Assembly: GCF_000485595.1 (NCBI RefSeq)
Contig: NW_014577064.1
Location: forward strand, 748,885 to 806,696
Direction: 5' to 3'
From: Priapulus caudatus
Taxonomy: Eukaryota
DNA length: 57,812 nt
Positions 1 to 12,591 of this stretch are shown here, piece by piece. Both the position numbers and the translations under genes were made by a program. The first letter of the stretch is position 1. Each line of letters opens with the position of its first letter. The notes under the pieces were generated by a model. That model worked only from the letters and a program-made list of their open reading frames with translations. It was not told the origin of the DNA and did not search any database.

Positions 1-1379
1 TCTGAAGACTGACGAGAGGAGGATTCATAATATCGCTGCGTGGAAATAGAGCTTCTCTATTAGACATTAGGATTACCCATATCCTCAGACATGCCAGCAC
101 ATTTCAACCCTCGATATCAGGTTACGGTATGTCAACAGTAACTTAAACGATAACACACTCACATCATACTCATACAAAGGAAGGCAGGCTGATTCAGCGT
201 CTGAATATAGCAATTATCCTAGAGTGAGTGATGTAAATGGGCCATAGCAACGTTTTTTCTTACTTGAGGACTCCCTACAGATAGTAGCTTATATATATAG
301 TAGCTATTAGTGGGCCTGTAGAGCGCGAGCATCTCCTCGTACGCTACGCCATCTATATATTTTACGGACGCGTTGTGCCAAATTTATGATACGTCTGATC
401 TGTGCGCACGCTGCGAGCGCGCAATATATATATATATATATATAATAATATAAATATATATATAGTATGAAAAGCAGAGAGCGAGATATATAATATAGAT
501 GGTATATCTATTTTCCCCTTGCCCGCACGAACACATTTATTCATCGACAACTAGTTTCATCCAGATGGATGATTGGATATAATAAAGGCATATCCGCTTC
601 TCACTGGCATCGGAACAGCACTCTTGGGCTCCTTTCAGGAATTAGATGCTAACAGCAGTGCTGAGCTATCTGGTAGTAATACGCACGTTGGAACACCCGA
701 GGGGGTTATTCCGGTTCCTGAAAGTCTGTCCTAGCTATAACTTTCAAGAGCATCACGTAACCTCTGCCAGAGTCTGCAATCTGCAAATCGCTTAGAGTTG
801 AACGTTGTGTGACAATGCTCATCAAGCAACCTGTTACGCACTCTGTACTTGAACTGCGTTATCGTAGTGTATGGGGAGTCATTCCAAACCGACGGGCATC
901 AACATAAATATCAATAGTAACAGAACGTATAGCTCTCTTCGATTTTAATTTCGCAAAATAATTTAGCTGTGATATCAAAGCTATATACTAGTTTGGTTGT
1001 ACAGTAATGTCCAGACTGGTAATGTAATGTCGTGCTGGTATGTAGCGACAGCGCACCTAACTCTTAACTAAGTTAGTAGGTATTGTCAATAAATAATGCA
1101 GGCTATTCACCTCAGGCGGTTAGCGGCGAGTAAGAGGGCGCGATAACGCGGGATATATGAATCACAATGATGTTATTATCAGATGGCATTGCTAGCTTCG
1201 TAGAAAATTACGATTAAATATAATTAGATCAGTGTGCAAACAGTACAACTTTATGGTAAGATGAAGCTGACCACGGCACACGCGCGACTGCGGCACGCAC
1301 GCACGCACACAACACCACACAACAACACACACACCACAGACCACAGCACACACACCAACACACACAACGCACGACTCGT

Positions 1380-3700
1380 TGATATAGATATTATATTGAT
1401 AGTGAATGATGGTGTTATAATCGCGTGTTAATTTCATGCATGCTAATAGCATGAATGTATGTGAGCGACTAGTGAAAGTCTGTGACGTGGGTTCGAAATG
1501 TATTTGCAAGGTACCTTAATATATATAGGCTCCTTGCACTATTTTCTGCGGCTGATTCACGGCCATGCACCTTGTGTTTCACCAAACGCTCGCCACTGTC
1601 TGGTAGTGTCAATTCCTCACCACGTCAGAGCAAATTAATACGCGCCAATCGCAACATGGCATCGTTAATTCCCACGTGCATAATGCATTCACCGTGAAGT
1701 ACATAACCCCGCAAAATCAAGCTCAATATCAAAAGGTATCTACTTTCCGCCACGATAAGCGACGTACTGCTGCAATTATTTATAGTATATAGTATTTAAG
1801 ATTTATTGTTTTATTTGTTTGTTAATATAATATATATATACAAATACTAGGTTCGGCCGTGGGCCCCACGCTGGGTGTGCTCTCCACTAACGCTTTCCGT
1901 TCAACCCACACGTATTCACACATGCCAACTTCGAACTATTAAAAAGCAAGCACCAGCTAATGAAGATCGCGTAGCTAAGACGCATTAAACAACGACATTG
2001 ATGAGTGTGTTAATCAAATATAGCTATAAGGCTATATAGAATAATCAGGTGGCTAATCCATACCACGTCTTAACTGGCCAGCATACAGGAGCCATGTGCT
2101 ATACAGCACCAGAGGCTGTTACCAATCCTTCTCATAACACATTGTCATGTCATACCCTGTCAGTTGTCAACCTGCATTTTTACGCCTGCGGTCAAGAAAA
2201 TATTGTCAGCTGAGAACTTAACAAGCACATGCTACAAAGCTAACACGCAAGCCACTCCACCTATGTTTAATGCAGAATCCAACAGTGACCTGCAAGTCAG
2301 AAATCCGTGCTAGAACGATAAAGGCCAGCGCGAGGCTTACGTTAAAAAAGGGTTCACACTAGCCGAGCTAGTCAGAAATATTTTTGTATTTTGGACCCAT
2401 CCATTAAGTATTGTATCTGAATGTGTTATATCAGTGACACATAAGCCTTAACGGTATTGCCATTAGAGGTACACCTGTTGCATTTAGTATCGCTATCATT
2501 TGCTGGAATGGTCGCTAATTGGGATATTAAGTATTGATTATATAAGTCGAAAATGAATGACGAGAGGAGAGATTCATAATAGCTAGTTTTTTTTTTTTTT
2601 TTTTTTTTGTGGAAATCGAGCTTTCTCTATACATAGATTACCCTATCCTGCAGACATTACAGCAGCATGTTCAACCTCGATATCAGTTTTACGGTCTGTC
2701 AACAGTAACTAACATACACACTCACATCAGTACTATACAAGAAGCAGCTGATCAACTGTCTGAATAAGACTTACCTCAGAAGTGGAGTGATCGGTAAACT
2801 GCCCAATTGAGGCAACGTTTTTCTTTACTTGAGTACCTATACAGATAGAAGGCTTAATAGATAGTAGCTAATATGGCATGTAGAGCGGCGAGCATCTCAT
2901 GTACGCTACCGGCCATCTAATGTATTTTACAGACGCGTTGGGTAATTTAGATACGTTCGATCTGTCATCGCTCGAGCAACCAATATAATATAATATATTA
3001 TATAATAATAATTATATTTATTTAATTTATGAAGAGAGAGAGAGAATATAAGATGTATAGATCTATTTCCCTGCCTCCGCACGCATCACATTTATTCCTC
3101 TGAACAACTACGTGCATCCAGATGTGAGATTGGATATAAAAAGCATATCCCTGTCTCCTGATGCGGACTCAGCACCTTGCCCTTCAGGATAGACACCAGC
3201 ATGGCGAGCTATCTTGTAGTATACGTAATAAAGTGGAACACCCTGAGGTTAATCCGGTTCTGCTGATCTGTCCTCGCTATAGCTTCAAGAGTGGCACGTA
3301 CGCTCTTGCAGAGTCTGGCAACCCTCATCGCTTAGAGTTTGACGTTTGTGGTGACAATCGCATCAAGCAACCTGTTAGCACCTTGTACTTGAACTCGTCT
3401 ATGCGTAGTGTATTGGTGGAGTCATCCAAAACGTACCATCATCAAACACTTATCAAGCAATGTAACAGAACGTCGTAGCTCTCTTCGATTTTGAATTTCG
3501 CAAATAATTTAGCTGTGATATCAAAGCATAATAACTAGTTTTCGTTGTAATCACGTTTTCGTTGAGTTTCGCTTGTGTTCAGACGTATGTAAGTATGCTG
3601 TGCCGTGTGTCATTGTGTTATGCTGTGTGTTTAGGAGGTGAGTGGTGTTGTGTGTGTTTGTTGTGTGTGTGTGTTGTGTTGTGTTGTTGTGTTTGGTATG
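1380..3700 (-). repeat. Indel-rich inverted copy of ~10150-12530; 1-990 is a further copy of ~10330-11330
   Basis: For example ctcgttgatatagatattattga (1376) is near-complementary to tcaataataatatctatatcaacgag (~12501), and the match is collinear throughout. Confidence 0.85.
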
Positions 3701-3705
3701 AGTGG

Positions 3706-5754
3706 TGCCCAGGTGACACCATCTGGACACCAGCATTGGAGAGATGCACCGACAAGTACTTTGCGGTTAACGACGAGTGCAGATACGAGGCTCCACCCAC
3801 TCCAGCACCTGCTCCAGAGAATATTGACCCAGGTACAAACAATATGGTGCTTATAGTTACCTCCGCCAAGGGGTTGGCAGGAGGTTATGTTTTCACCGGC
3901 GTGTGTTTGTTCGTTTGTGTGTTTGTTCGTTTGTGGGTTTGTGCGTTTGTGGGTTTGTAACACCGTTCTTTGTGTACAGTCTAACTAAAAAGGTTATGGA
4001 CGGATTGTCATAAAATTTTCGGGATAGGTCAGAAATGGGCTAACTTAGAATTGATTACATTTTGGTGGTCATCAAATCATTTAATTAATTAATTAAATTT
4101 TTTGCAGTGAGAGAATTCAGCTGCCATGGCGGAGGTCTGCGCTCTCCGAGTGCTCTAGTTACAAATGTTTTCAATCGTAATCGCAAGAAAAATTTATCTG
4201 CAAAATTCTAGCGCTAGATAGGGGTGTTTCGTAACCCATAGCCGAATTCACATTTTCTAGCTGCGTGCTACGACCCAAGAAACATGTGCAACGGAGTTAT
4301 TGATTGCAACAATGGAGAGGATGAGGAGGGCTGTGCTCCGATCTGTGACCCTAACACCTGCAGACTGCCAGGTTGCAAGTGCAGTGGCCCCGAGGCTCCA
4401 GGAAACCTGCTCCCTAGTGAGATCCCACAGCTGGTTATGATTGGCTGGGATGGTGCCCTGAGAGTGGAGGACTACAACCATCTTCTCCAGCAGGTAAGCA
4501 CGGGTAGAAGTAGATAGGACATGGCTGTATTATGCACATAAACACCAAAAATTTTCACGTCAACTGAGCATTTTTTGCTTAATCTATTAGCATTTTTCAT
4601 TTTAGATTTTGAAGAAGATAAATGCCCAGAGAAGGAGAGAGCCACGAACGAATCCCAATGGTTGCCCGCTAACCGCAACTTTCTTCACAAGCCATCAGTT
4701 CACTGATTACGCAGCAGTCCAGTCGATGTACGCCGAGGGAAATGAGATCGCCTCATTCTCTATCACGTAAGTAATGCTGTCAAATGTGCTAGAGTCCACC
4801 AATTATGTTAAATACTAAATACGTATTGAATGTATTACTTTATTATATATTTCACAACGTTATACAACAAAACGTTATTCTTACACCCATGTTTTTAATG
4901 GTTACACAGTAAGCAGCTGCCATCAGAGTATGGCCGCAGCGACTTCAGTATGCGAACTCTCTGACTGAGATGCCGGACAGCGCGCCATGTTCAAACGAGG
5001 ATTCTCTGGCAATCCCGCGCCAGTGCCATCAAGGGCAGTGCGATTTGCTTACTGCAACCACAGGAAGCGATTCGTTAACGCTGCATATAAGGATGATGGA
5101 TTCACATGGGATTCTTCTGACCAACCGACAAAGATTAAATCCTCCCTGTGGCTATACACTTCGATGTACGCATCCACTGCGTGGCTGCGCCATCCCTCCA
5201 TGCCCAACTTACCTCCATGCTCGTGGAATTGTGGCGAGGTTCCCCCGTTGTTGACTGTTCGTATACCAACGACACGCCTGTGCGCCAAGCGTTGACAGTT
5301 GCGTAATTATCCCACCGACAAGGGCACGAGGCTCTTGAGCTCTTGCAGTACCAACTTTGTGAAGCGCCATTAACAGACCAACAAGGCTCCTCCCCATCAA
5401 CCCTCCGCTGCCAGAGGTCACTCAACAATGGCTTACTACAAATGGAGGCTCTCCAGCAGTTCTTGATGAGATCCCAAGAAAATCGCGATGTCTATTCGTG
5501 ACTACAGCCAGCTGATCGAGTACATGAAGAATCCAGTCAAGCTTCTGATGTAGGAAGATCTGATGCGGTTCAAGTGCGACTTTGCTAACCGCACCCCACT
5601 GGGTGCGCCCATCCCAACCTGTGTGTGGCTACTTCAACATCAGCCTACGCCGCCAATGACGAGGAGCACCAGGGAGACCGTTTCTTTCCAGACCTGTTGC
5701 TGAATTCGCAGCGGTATACCCAATGGGCTGGACAACCCACTAGGAGAAGCATAA
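3706..5754 (+). CDS. Chitin deacetylase-like paralogue A (CBM14 part + half LDLa + CE4 domain); 5' end missing here, last exon frameshifted
   Basis: Exons with GT-AG boundaries: 3706-3832 (CPGDTIWTPALERC...; starts mid-exon after a microsatellite), 4261-4493 (AACYDPRNMCNGVIDCNNGEDEEGC...PQLVMIGWDG), 4606-4766 (RTNPNGCPLTATFF...GNEIASFSIT) and 4910-5754 (ends ...NPLGEA*). Exons 3 and 4 are clean and equal in length to those of paralogue B (233 and 161 nt). The last exon has many 1-nt indels typical of long-read error. Confidence 0.85.
3857..4160 (+). mobile_element. Non-autonomous Helentron/DINE-like element in an intron of CDA paralogue A
   Basis: 5' TTACCTCCGCCA and subterminal inverted copy TGGCGGAGGT, an internal GTTT-type microsatellite, a 3' stem-loop GCGCTC-TCC-GAGTGC, then CTAGTT. 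Absent from the homologous intron of paralogue B. Confidence 0.75.
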
Positions 5755-6704
5755 ATCAAATTACGCCTTCCATAATTTGGGGTCATGATAACATGTTTTT
5801 AACACATCGTTGTTGATTTGCAATTGTGAAGTCCTTGATATTAGGAATACTTGCATTGCTCTTTTACCTTTAGCTCAACGTGGTAAACATCATTACGCTT
5901 AGTGTTCTTCTTAATATATGTGAGTTGTGTGCGAGCATTAGCGGCCTGTAATATATTTTGGACATTTTTTCTTACCTAGAGGACACGAACCTGGTTCTTA
6001 TCAGACAGATAGTGTATTCCTGCAAAGAATATATATATCAATCAGCATCCAATCCTGCGTAGTGTCAACACTACTACTACAATCTTGAGAATAGCAGTTA
6101 GTCATACGCTTCAAAGAAGCTCTTCCTCAAGCTTATACTGTGTGATCTTATATGGAATGTGATCAATCTGCTGTAAATAAATTTTTTATTAATAATTCGA
6201 TGAAAAAACATAGAACTGCTTCTTTAATTCGAAATGAGAACTTTCTTGTTGGAGCATGTTTGCAGATTACACACACGCGTATGTTTACTGCATCGAGACG
6301 TCTTGGTGCACTATTTTATTAACTTGAATGACAACTGGTTAAAACACACACTATATCTAGAGTCACGTATGCCACGAAAACTGCATTTAAGGTAGAGCAA
6401 AGAATACGACCTTCAACGTGGTAAACAGATTCGGCTAACAAGCGGCATATATTGCTATTCAATGCATACTCATCGCGTGCATATCGACACGAGAACTAGT
6501 TCTGCTAAAGCCATCACGCTGACTCATGTTCACGAACGTGTAATTTGGTTATTTCTCACAGCCATTAGAAAATTTACACCATTCAGTAGGATCAAGAAGC
6601 ATGCTGAGTGCATACGTCCGATCCACACTCACGGTATACAACTCTAACGAGTTCGTACAATAAATAATGAGCCGTGGACTATTCGCAAGTCACGTTCATA
6701 GTTC

Positions 6705-7765
6705 GCTGCATAGAAACATCAACATGGATGTTCTCTGCGGAAGTCTCTCAGCCAGCGCTGCGTAGAAACATCAACCCTGGAATATTGTCCTGTGCAAACG
6801 TTTTATATAGCTAGCGATGTGTAGAAACATGAACACAGATTAGCGGTCTGAGGAATTCGTTTTAGGTAGGTCGTGGTATAGAAACATCACACACAAAGCA
6901 GAGTCTTATGCCAATCTAGTAGTTAGCTCTGTATAGAAACATTCATTTAGAATGAGCGCTTAGTGCAATCTGTAACCAAGATTTGTATATAGAGTCAACA
7001 CAGAACAGTGACATGTGACAATCTTTATGTTTAGACCTGTAGAGAAATGATCAACATAGAATAGTGAGTGACCTGTGACAATCTATTAAATAGCTCAGTA
7101 TAGAAACATCACACGCATCGACATCGTGGACAATCTATTATATAGCTCTGGAAAGAAAAAACATTAAACATATCTTTGCGCACTGAGGCAATCTATTTAC
7201 TAGCTTCATGGAGAAAGATTTTATAGAATAGTGAGTGACCTGCGACAATCTATTATATAGCTCTGTAAAGAAACATTAACATATCTTTGTGCACTGCGGC
7301 AATCTATTTACTGGCTTCATGGAGAAAGATTTTATAGAATAGTGAGTGACCTGTGACAATCTATTAAATAGCTCAGTATAGAAACATCACCACGCAATCG
7401 ACATCGTGACAATCTATTAAATAGCTCAGTATAGAAACATCACCACGCAATCGACATCGTGACAATCTATTATATAGCTCTGTAAAGAAACATTAACATA
7501 TCTTTGTGCACTGCGGCAATCTATTTACTAGCGTCGTGGAAAAACATTAACATGGAATAGTGGAACTTGAAAGTTAGCTTTGCATAGAAACATTAACACA
7601 CAATTGTGACCTATGAAAATCTATGAGTTAGCTTTGCGTAGAAACATGGGCATGGATTATTGGCCTGTGATAGCCTATTAGCTTGCTCCGTATAGAATAT
7701 AAAAATATCAACACAGAATCGTGGCCTATGCCAATCTATTAGCTGGATATGTATAGAAAAATCAA
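6705..7765. repeat. Diverged ~53-57 bp minisatellite
   Basis: Recurrent TAGAAACAT(C/T)AACA...CAATCTATT...TAGCT units with several sub-types. Confidence 0.8.
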
Positions 7766-7771
7766 TAAGGA

Positions 7772-7803
<32 letters not shown>

Positions 7804-9932
7804 TTATTTATTTATATATATTGAACCGCGCAAATCTATAACTGTACACACGCCCGCGTTGGTGCCGATACCGTACCAACAATCATACTACTATTATTAC
7901 TTATTATTACGTAACTACCAATTATTAAGTACATAAAGGTAACGTCGGCACGTCATTGTAATTCGACTTCGGAGATGTTTGTGCAAAAATAAAAATGCGC
8001 ACGTGCGTGAATCTACTATGAGAAATAGCTCGAACAAAGCCCCGAGGCTGAGGCCCCGCTAGTAGTACTATGGCTAATATCTTTACGCTTCAGTACGTAC
8101 ACGATATGTGCTCGCGATAAGTTGTTGCACGCATTGCGTAATCTTATTTGCGAATCTGCAGTCGTCTGCGCAGCAGAATTGTTTGCTACACGTGAGGCAG
8201 CTGCTGTCGGAAAAGCGAGCCTAGCCTGTTCAAGGTACCCGGCGATGCGTCATTCGTTCGTGACTTTCTTTCGTGGGCAACGCCTCATCTTTCCACGAAA
8301 CACTCCCCCGCCGATGATTCGTTAATGACAGAGCGCGAGCGAGCGCACGGGTGGACTCGGTGTAATCTCATTCCGATGCGGTGCTAGGCGTTGCGACGAC
8401 AACTTCTAGAGTAGCCGCAGGTTTTCAGTATACGGATTTATAACGCGCGTGGGCCTCTACCACGCGCCGAGCGCAATGGCGCGAAAAACACGATCACCGT
8501 GCTCGAATGGTTAGCTCACTGCGCTGCGCTGCTGCGATAGTTCAGACACGCACCGCCTTGTATCGGGAGGAACACCTAGCGCTACATTCCGTTACGCCTA
8601 GAGCGCATCGTAAGCAACCGCAGCCGTGCATGCGAACTTTCAATTTTCCCCATTCTCGCATCTTCTCCGATGTAGGCCAGTCAGGCCTGCAAGAACGAAT
8701 CCTCCGCGATCTGAACGATGCGCGTTGAGACGTATGCACAAGCAGCCTACGCGGGGCATTAGACGCAAACACTTTTCCCCATTGGCCCTCGTAACCTATA
8801 AAACGATAGCTGAATACGTGATGCCTTGCATGGGCTCCTGCATGAGAGCCATTAGCGGTGAGATGCGCGGTGTGAGATCAGAGCGGCAGGGTAGAGCACT
8901 CACAGCGGGAGCCGGCTGCGTCCACCACTACGAAAAATTCCCACGTATCAAAAAACTAGCGTGTCAATTCGTGTCCCTCACCTGCACGATTAAGATGAAC
9001 GATCGATCCGATCAAGGTATTTCGGACATGGACATGCGCACACCGACACGCATACACACACACACATACAGACACGCGTACACACACACATACAGACACG
9101 CGTACACACACACACAGACGCGCGTACACACACAGACACTCGTACACATAAAGACACACACACGCACGCACACGGACAGAAGAACACATGCATGCACGCA
9201 CGCACACGCACACGCACAAGCGCACGCACACACACACAAACAAATATTTTCTCTCTCGATATCTCTGTCTCTTAAACACGCGCGCACTCACACGCACAGT
9301 CACGCGCATTGACACGCGTACGCACATATACTCACCCACGTATGCACGCACGCACACACATTTGCTGGAAAGCACATGCACATCGACCAAAGCACAGGAC
9401 ACGTACGCTAGCAAGCGCACACACGCCTGAAATATGAGCAGTTTATATCCATAACACTTTACACAGAAAGCTCCGTATTGATTATCATCCGTCAATATTG
9501 TACTACCAACTTATTTTAAAATGCAAACCAAAAAAAGAGATGAACCGCTATATGATAGGCAAAAATGGAAAAAATTCTACATTTATAGAGACATTGATCC
9601 AGCCGTTTATTTTTCGAAATAAAACGTTCGCGCGTGAGAAACCTTCATCGCAGATCTGTGCTCGAAACATTCTTTGCTCACGTCATGTCGAAACCTGAAA
9701 CTTAAAAACTTAAATAAATTAAATTTACAGACGCGTGGGCGTCTGTATTTGCAGTGTCTAAACGATTCAGGCGGATCTCGCTTAGAACTGCGAAGTTGTT
9801 TCTGCGAAAGTTCGCTTCTGCGAAAGTTGCGCCTACCTATTATAGTAGTCTACTCAATGCATGATTCTCTAACGATCTAATCGCTCGCAAACTGAACCGT
9901 AACAGTTTGACGAGCCCATTCGCTGCGCGAGC

Positions 9933-10215
9933 ATACCATACCATACCATACCATTCCATACCATTCCATACCATACCATACCATACCATACCATATACCA
10001 TACCATATACCATACCATACCATACCATACCATACCATACCATACCATACCATACCATACCATACCATACCATATACCATACCATACCATACCATACCAT
10101 ACCATACCATACCATACCATACCATACCATACCATACCATACCATACCATACCATACCATACCATACACACAACACAACACAACACAACACAACACAACA
10201 CAACACAACACAACT
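9933..10215. repeat. (CCATA)n followed by (CAACA)n pentanucleotide microsatellites
   Basis: Directly visible. Confidence 0.97.
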
Positions 10216-10499
10216 CAACCCTTCCTAAAACAACACAGCATAACACAATGGACAACACGGCACAGCACTACATTACATTACCAGTCTGAACACAACGAAA
10301 ACTACAACGAAACTGATTACAACGAAAACTAGTATATTATAGCTTTGATATCACAGCTAAATTATTTTGCGAAATTCAAATCGAAGAAGAGCTATACGTT
10401 CTGTTACATTATGATAATTTATGATGATGGTACGTTTGGAATGACTCCACCAATACACATACGATAAACGAGTTCAAGTACAGAGTGCTAACAGGTTGC

Positions 10500-10800
10500 T
10501 TGATGCGATTGTCACCACAAACGTCAAACTCTAAAGCGATTGCAGGTTGCAGACTCTGCAAGAGGTACGTGCATGCACTCTTGAAAGCTATAGCTAGGAC
10601 AGACTCAGAGAAACCGGAATAACCCCCTCAGGGTGTTCCAACGTACGTATACTACCCAGATAAGCTCAGCACTGCTGGTGATCTAATCCTGAAGGGAGCA
10701 AGAGTGCTGATTCCCGATGCCATGAGAAGGGATATGCTTTATTATATCCAATCATCACATCTGGATGAAAGTAGTTGTCAGAGGAATAAATGTGATGCGT
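10500..10800 (+). mobile_element. Degenerate Ty3/gypsy pol fragment (region leading into the integrase zinc-binding domain)
   Basis: Translation YYPDKLSTAGDLILKGARVLIPDAMRRDMLYYIQSSHLDESSCQR resembles the gypsy DELSxxDGLIL(R/K)GxRxxIPxxLRxxxLxxIHxxHLG segment. Reverse-complement copies lie at ~540-850 and ~3080-3380. Confidence 0.7.
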
Positions 10801-10861
10801 GCGGGGCAGGGGGAAAATAGATATATACCATCTATATCTCTCTCTCTCTCTTCATATATAA

Positions 10862-10907
<46 letters not shown>

Positions 10908-12016
10908 GGTGCTCGAGCGATGGACAGATCAGAACGTATCATAAATTACACAACGCCGTCTGTAAAAATACTATAGATGGCGTAAGCGTACGATGAGATG
11001 CTCGCGCTCTACATGCACTATATAGCTACTATATATATAAGCTTCTATCTGTAAGGAGTACTCAAAGTAAAGAAAAAACGTTGCTCATGGGCATTTACCA
11101 TCACTCACTCTGAGGATAATTCTATATTCAGACAGTTGATTCAGCTGCTTCCTTTGTAATAGTACTGATGTGAGTGTGTATCGTTAAGTTACTGTTGACA
11201 TACCGTAAACCTGATATCGAGGTTGAACATGTGCTGTATGTCTGAGGATAGGGTAATCCTAATGTAATAGAGAAAGCTCATTTCCACAGTAGCATATTAT
11301 GAATCTCTCCTCTCGTCCATTCATTCAGACTTAATAATCAATACTTAATATCCCAAATTAGCGACCATTCCAGCAAATGATAGCGATACTAAATGCAAAC
11401 AGGTGATAACCTATAATGGCTGAATACCGTTAAGGCTATGTGTCACGATATAAACACATTCAGAGACACTACTTAATGAATGTCACAAAATACAAAAATA
11501 ATTTCTGGCTGTGGTAGTGTGAACCCTTTTTTAAACGTAAGCTCAGGCTGGCCTTTATTCGTTCACCTAGCACGGATTTCTGACTTGCAGGTCATCTGTT
11601 GGATTCTGCTTAACATAGGTGACGTGCTTGCTTGTTAGCATTTGTAGCATGTGCTTGTTAAGTCGTCAGCTGACAATATTTTCTTGAACGCAGGCGTAAA
11701 AATGAGGGTTGGAACAACTGACAGGGTATGACATGACAATGTGTTATGAGAAGAGAATTTGGTAACAGCCTCTGGTGCTGTATAGCACATGGCTGCCCTG
11801 TATGGCCTGGCAGTTATAGACGTGGTGGATTAGCCACCTGAACTATATCTATATAGCTATATAGCTATATTTGACTTAACACACTATCAATGTGTTGTTT
11901 AATGTCGGTCTTAGTACGGATCTTCATACTGAGTGCTTGCTTTTTAATAGTTCGAAGTTTGCCATGTGTGAAATACGTGTGGTTGAACGGAAGCGTTAGT
12001 GGAGAGCACACCACCA

Positions 12017-12043
12017 GCCGTGGGGCCCACGGCGAAACCTAGT
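12017..12043 (+). mobile_element. Helitron-type 3' terminus
   Basis: Hairpin GCCGTGGG-G-CCCACGGC followed 5 nt later by CTAG-T. Similar termini at 40706-40732 (+), 37085-37110 (+) and 46993-47020 (-). Confidence 0.5.
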
Positions 12044-12526
12044 AATTGTATATATATATATATATAAACAAACAAATAAAAAACAAATAATCATTAAATA
12101 CTATACATACTAATAAATAATTGCAGCAAGTACGTCCGCTTATCCGTGGCGGAAAGTAGATACCTTTATATAGCTGATTTTGGGGGTTATGGTACTTCAC
12201 GGTGAATGCATTATGCACGTGGGAATTACACATGCCCATGTTGCGATTGGCGCGTATTTAATTTGCTCTGACGTGTTGGAGGAAATGAACACTACCAGAG
12301 TGGGCGAGCGTTTGGTGAAACACAAGGTGATGGCCGTGAAATCAGCGCAGAAAATATTGCCAACGAAGCCTATATATATAAGGTCCTTGCAAATACATTT
12401 CGAACCCACGTACACAGACTTTCACATACGTACGCTCACATACATTCATGTATTAGCATGCATGAAAATTAACACGCGATATAACACCATCAATATCACT
12501 ATCAATAATAATATCTATATCAACGA

Positions 12527-12591
<65 letters not shown>

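Noticed and set aside
4910..5754. Calling paralogue A a pseudogene because of frameshifts
   Set aside because: The indels are confined to a stretch with long-read-type noise while upstream exons are clean; status cannot be decided without reads.
6705..7765. CRISPR-like repeat-spacer appearance
   Set aside because: The variable segments recur, the repeats are degenerate, there are no cas genes, and the context is eukaryotic; it is a minisatellite.
9840..10332. YGMVW / YHTIP repeat ORFs
   Set aside because: (CCATA)n pentanucleotide microsatellite.
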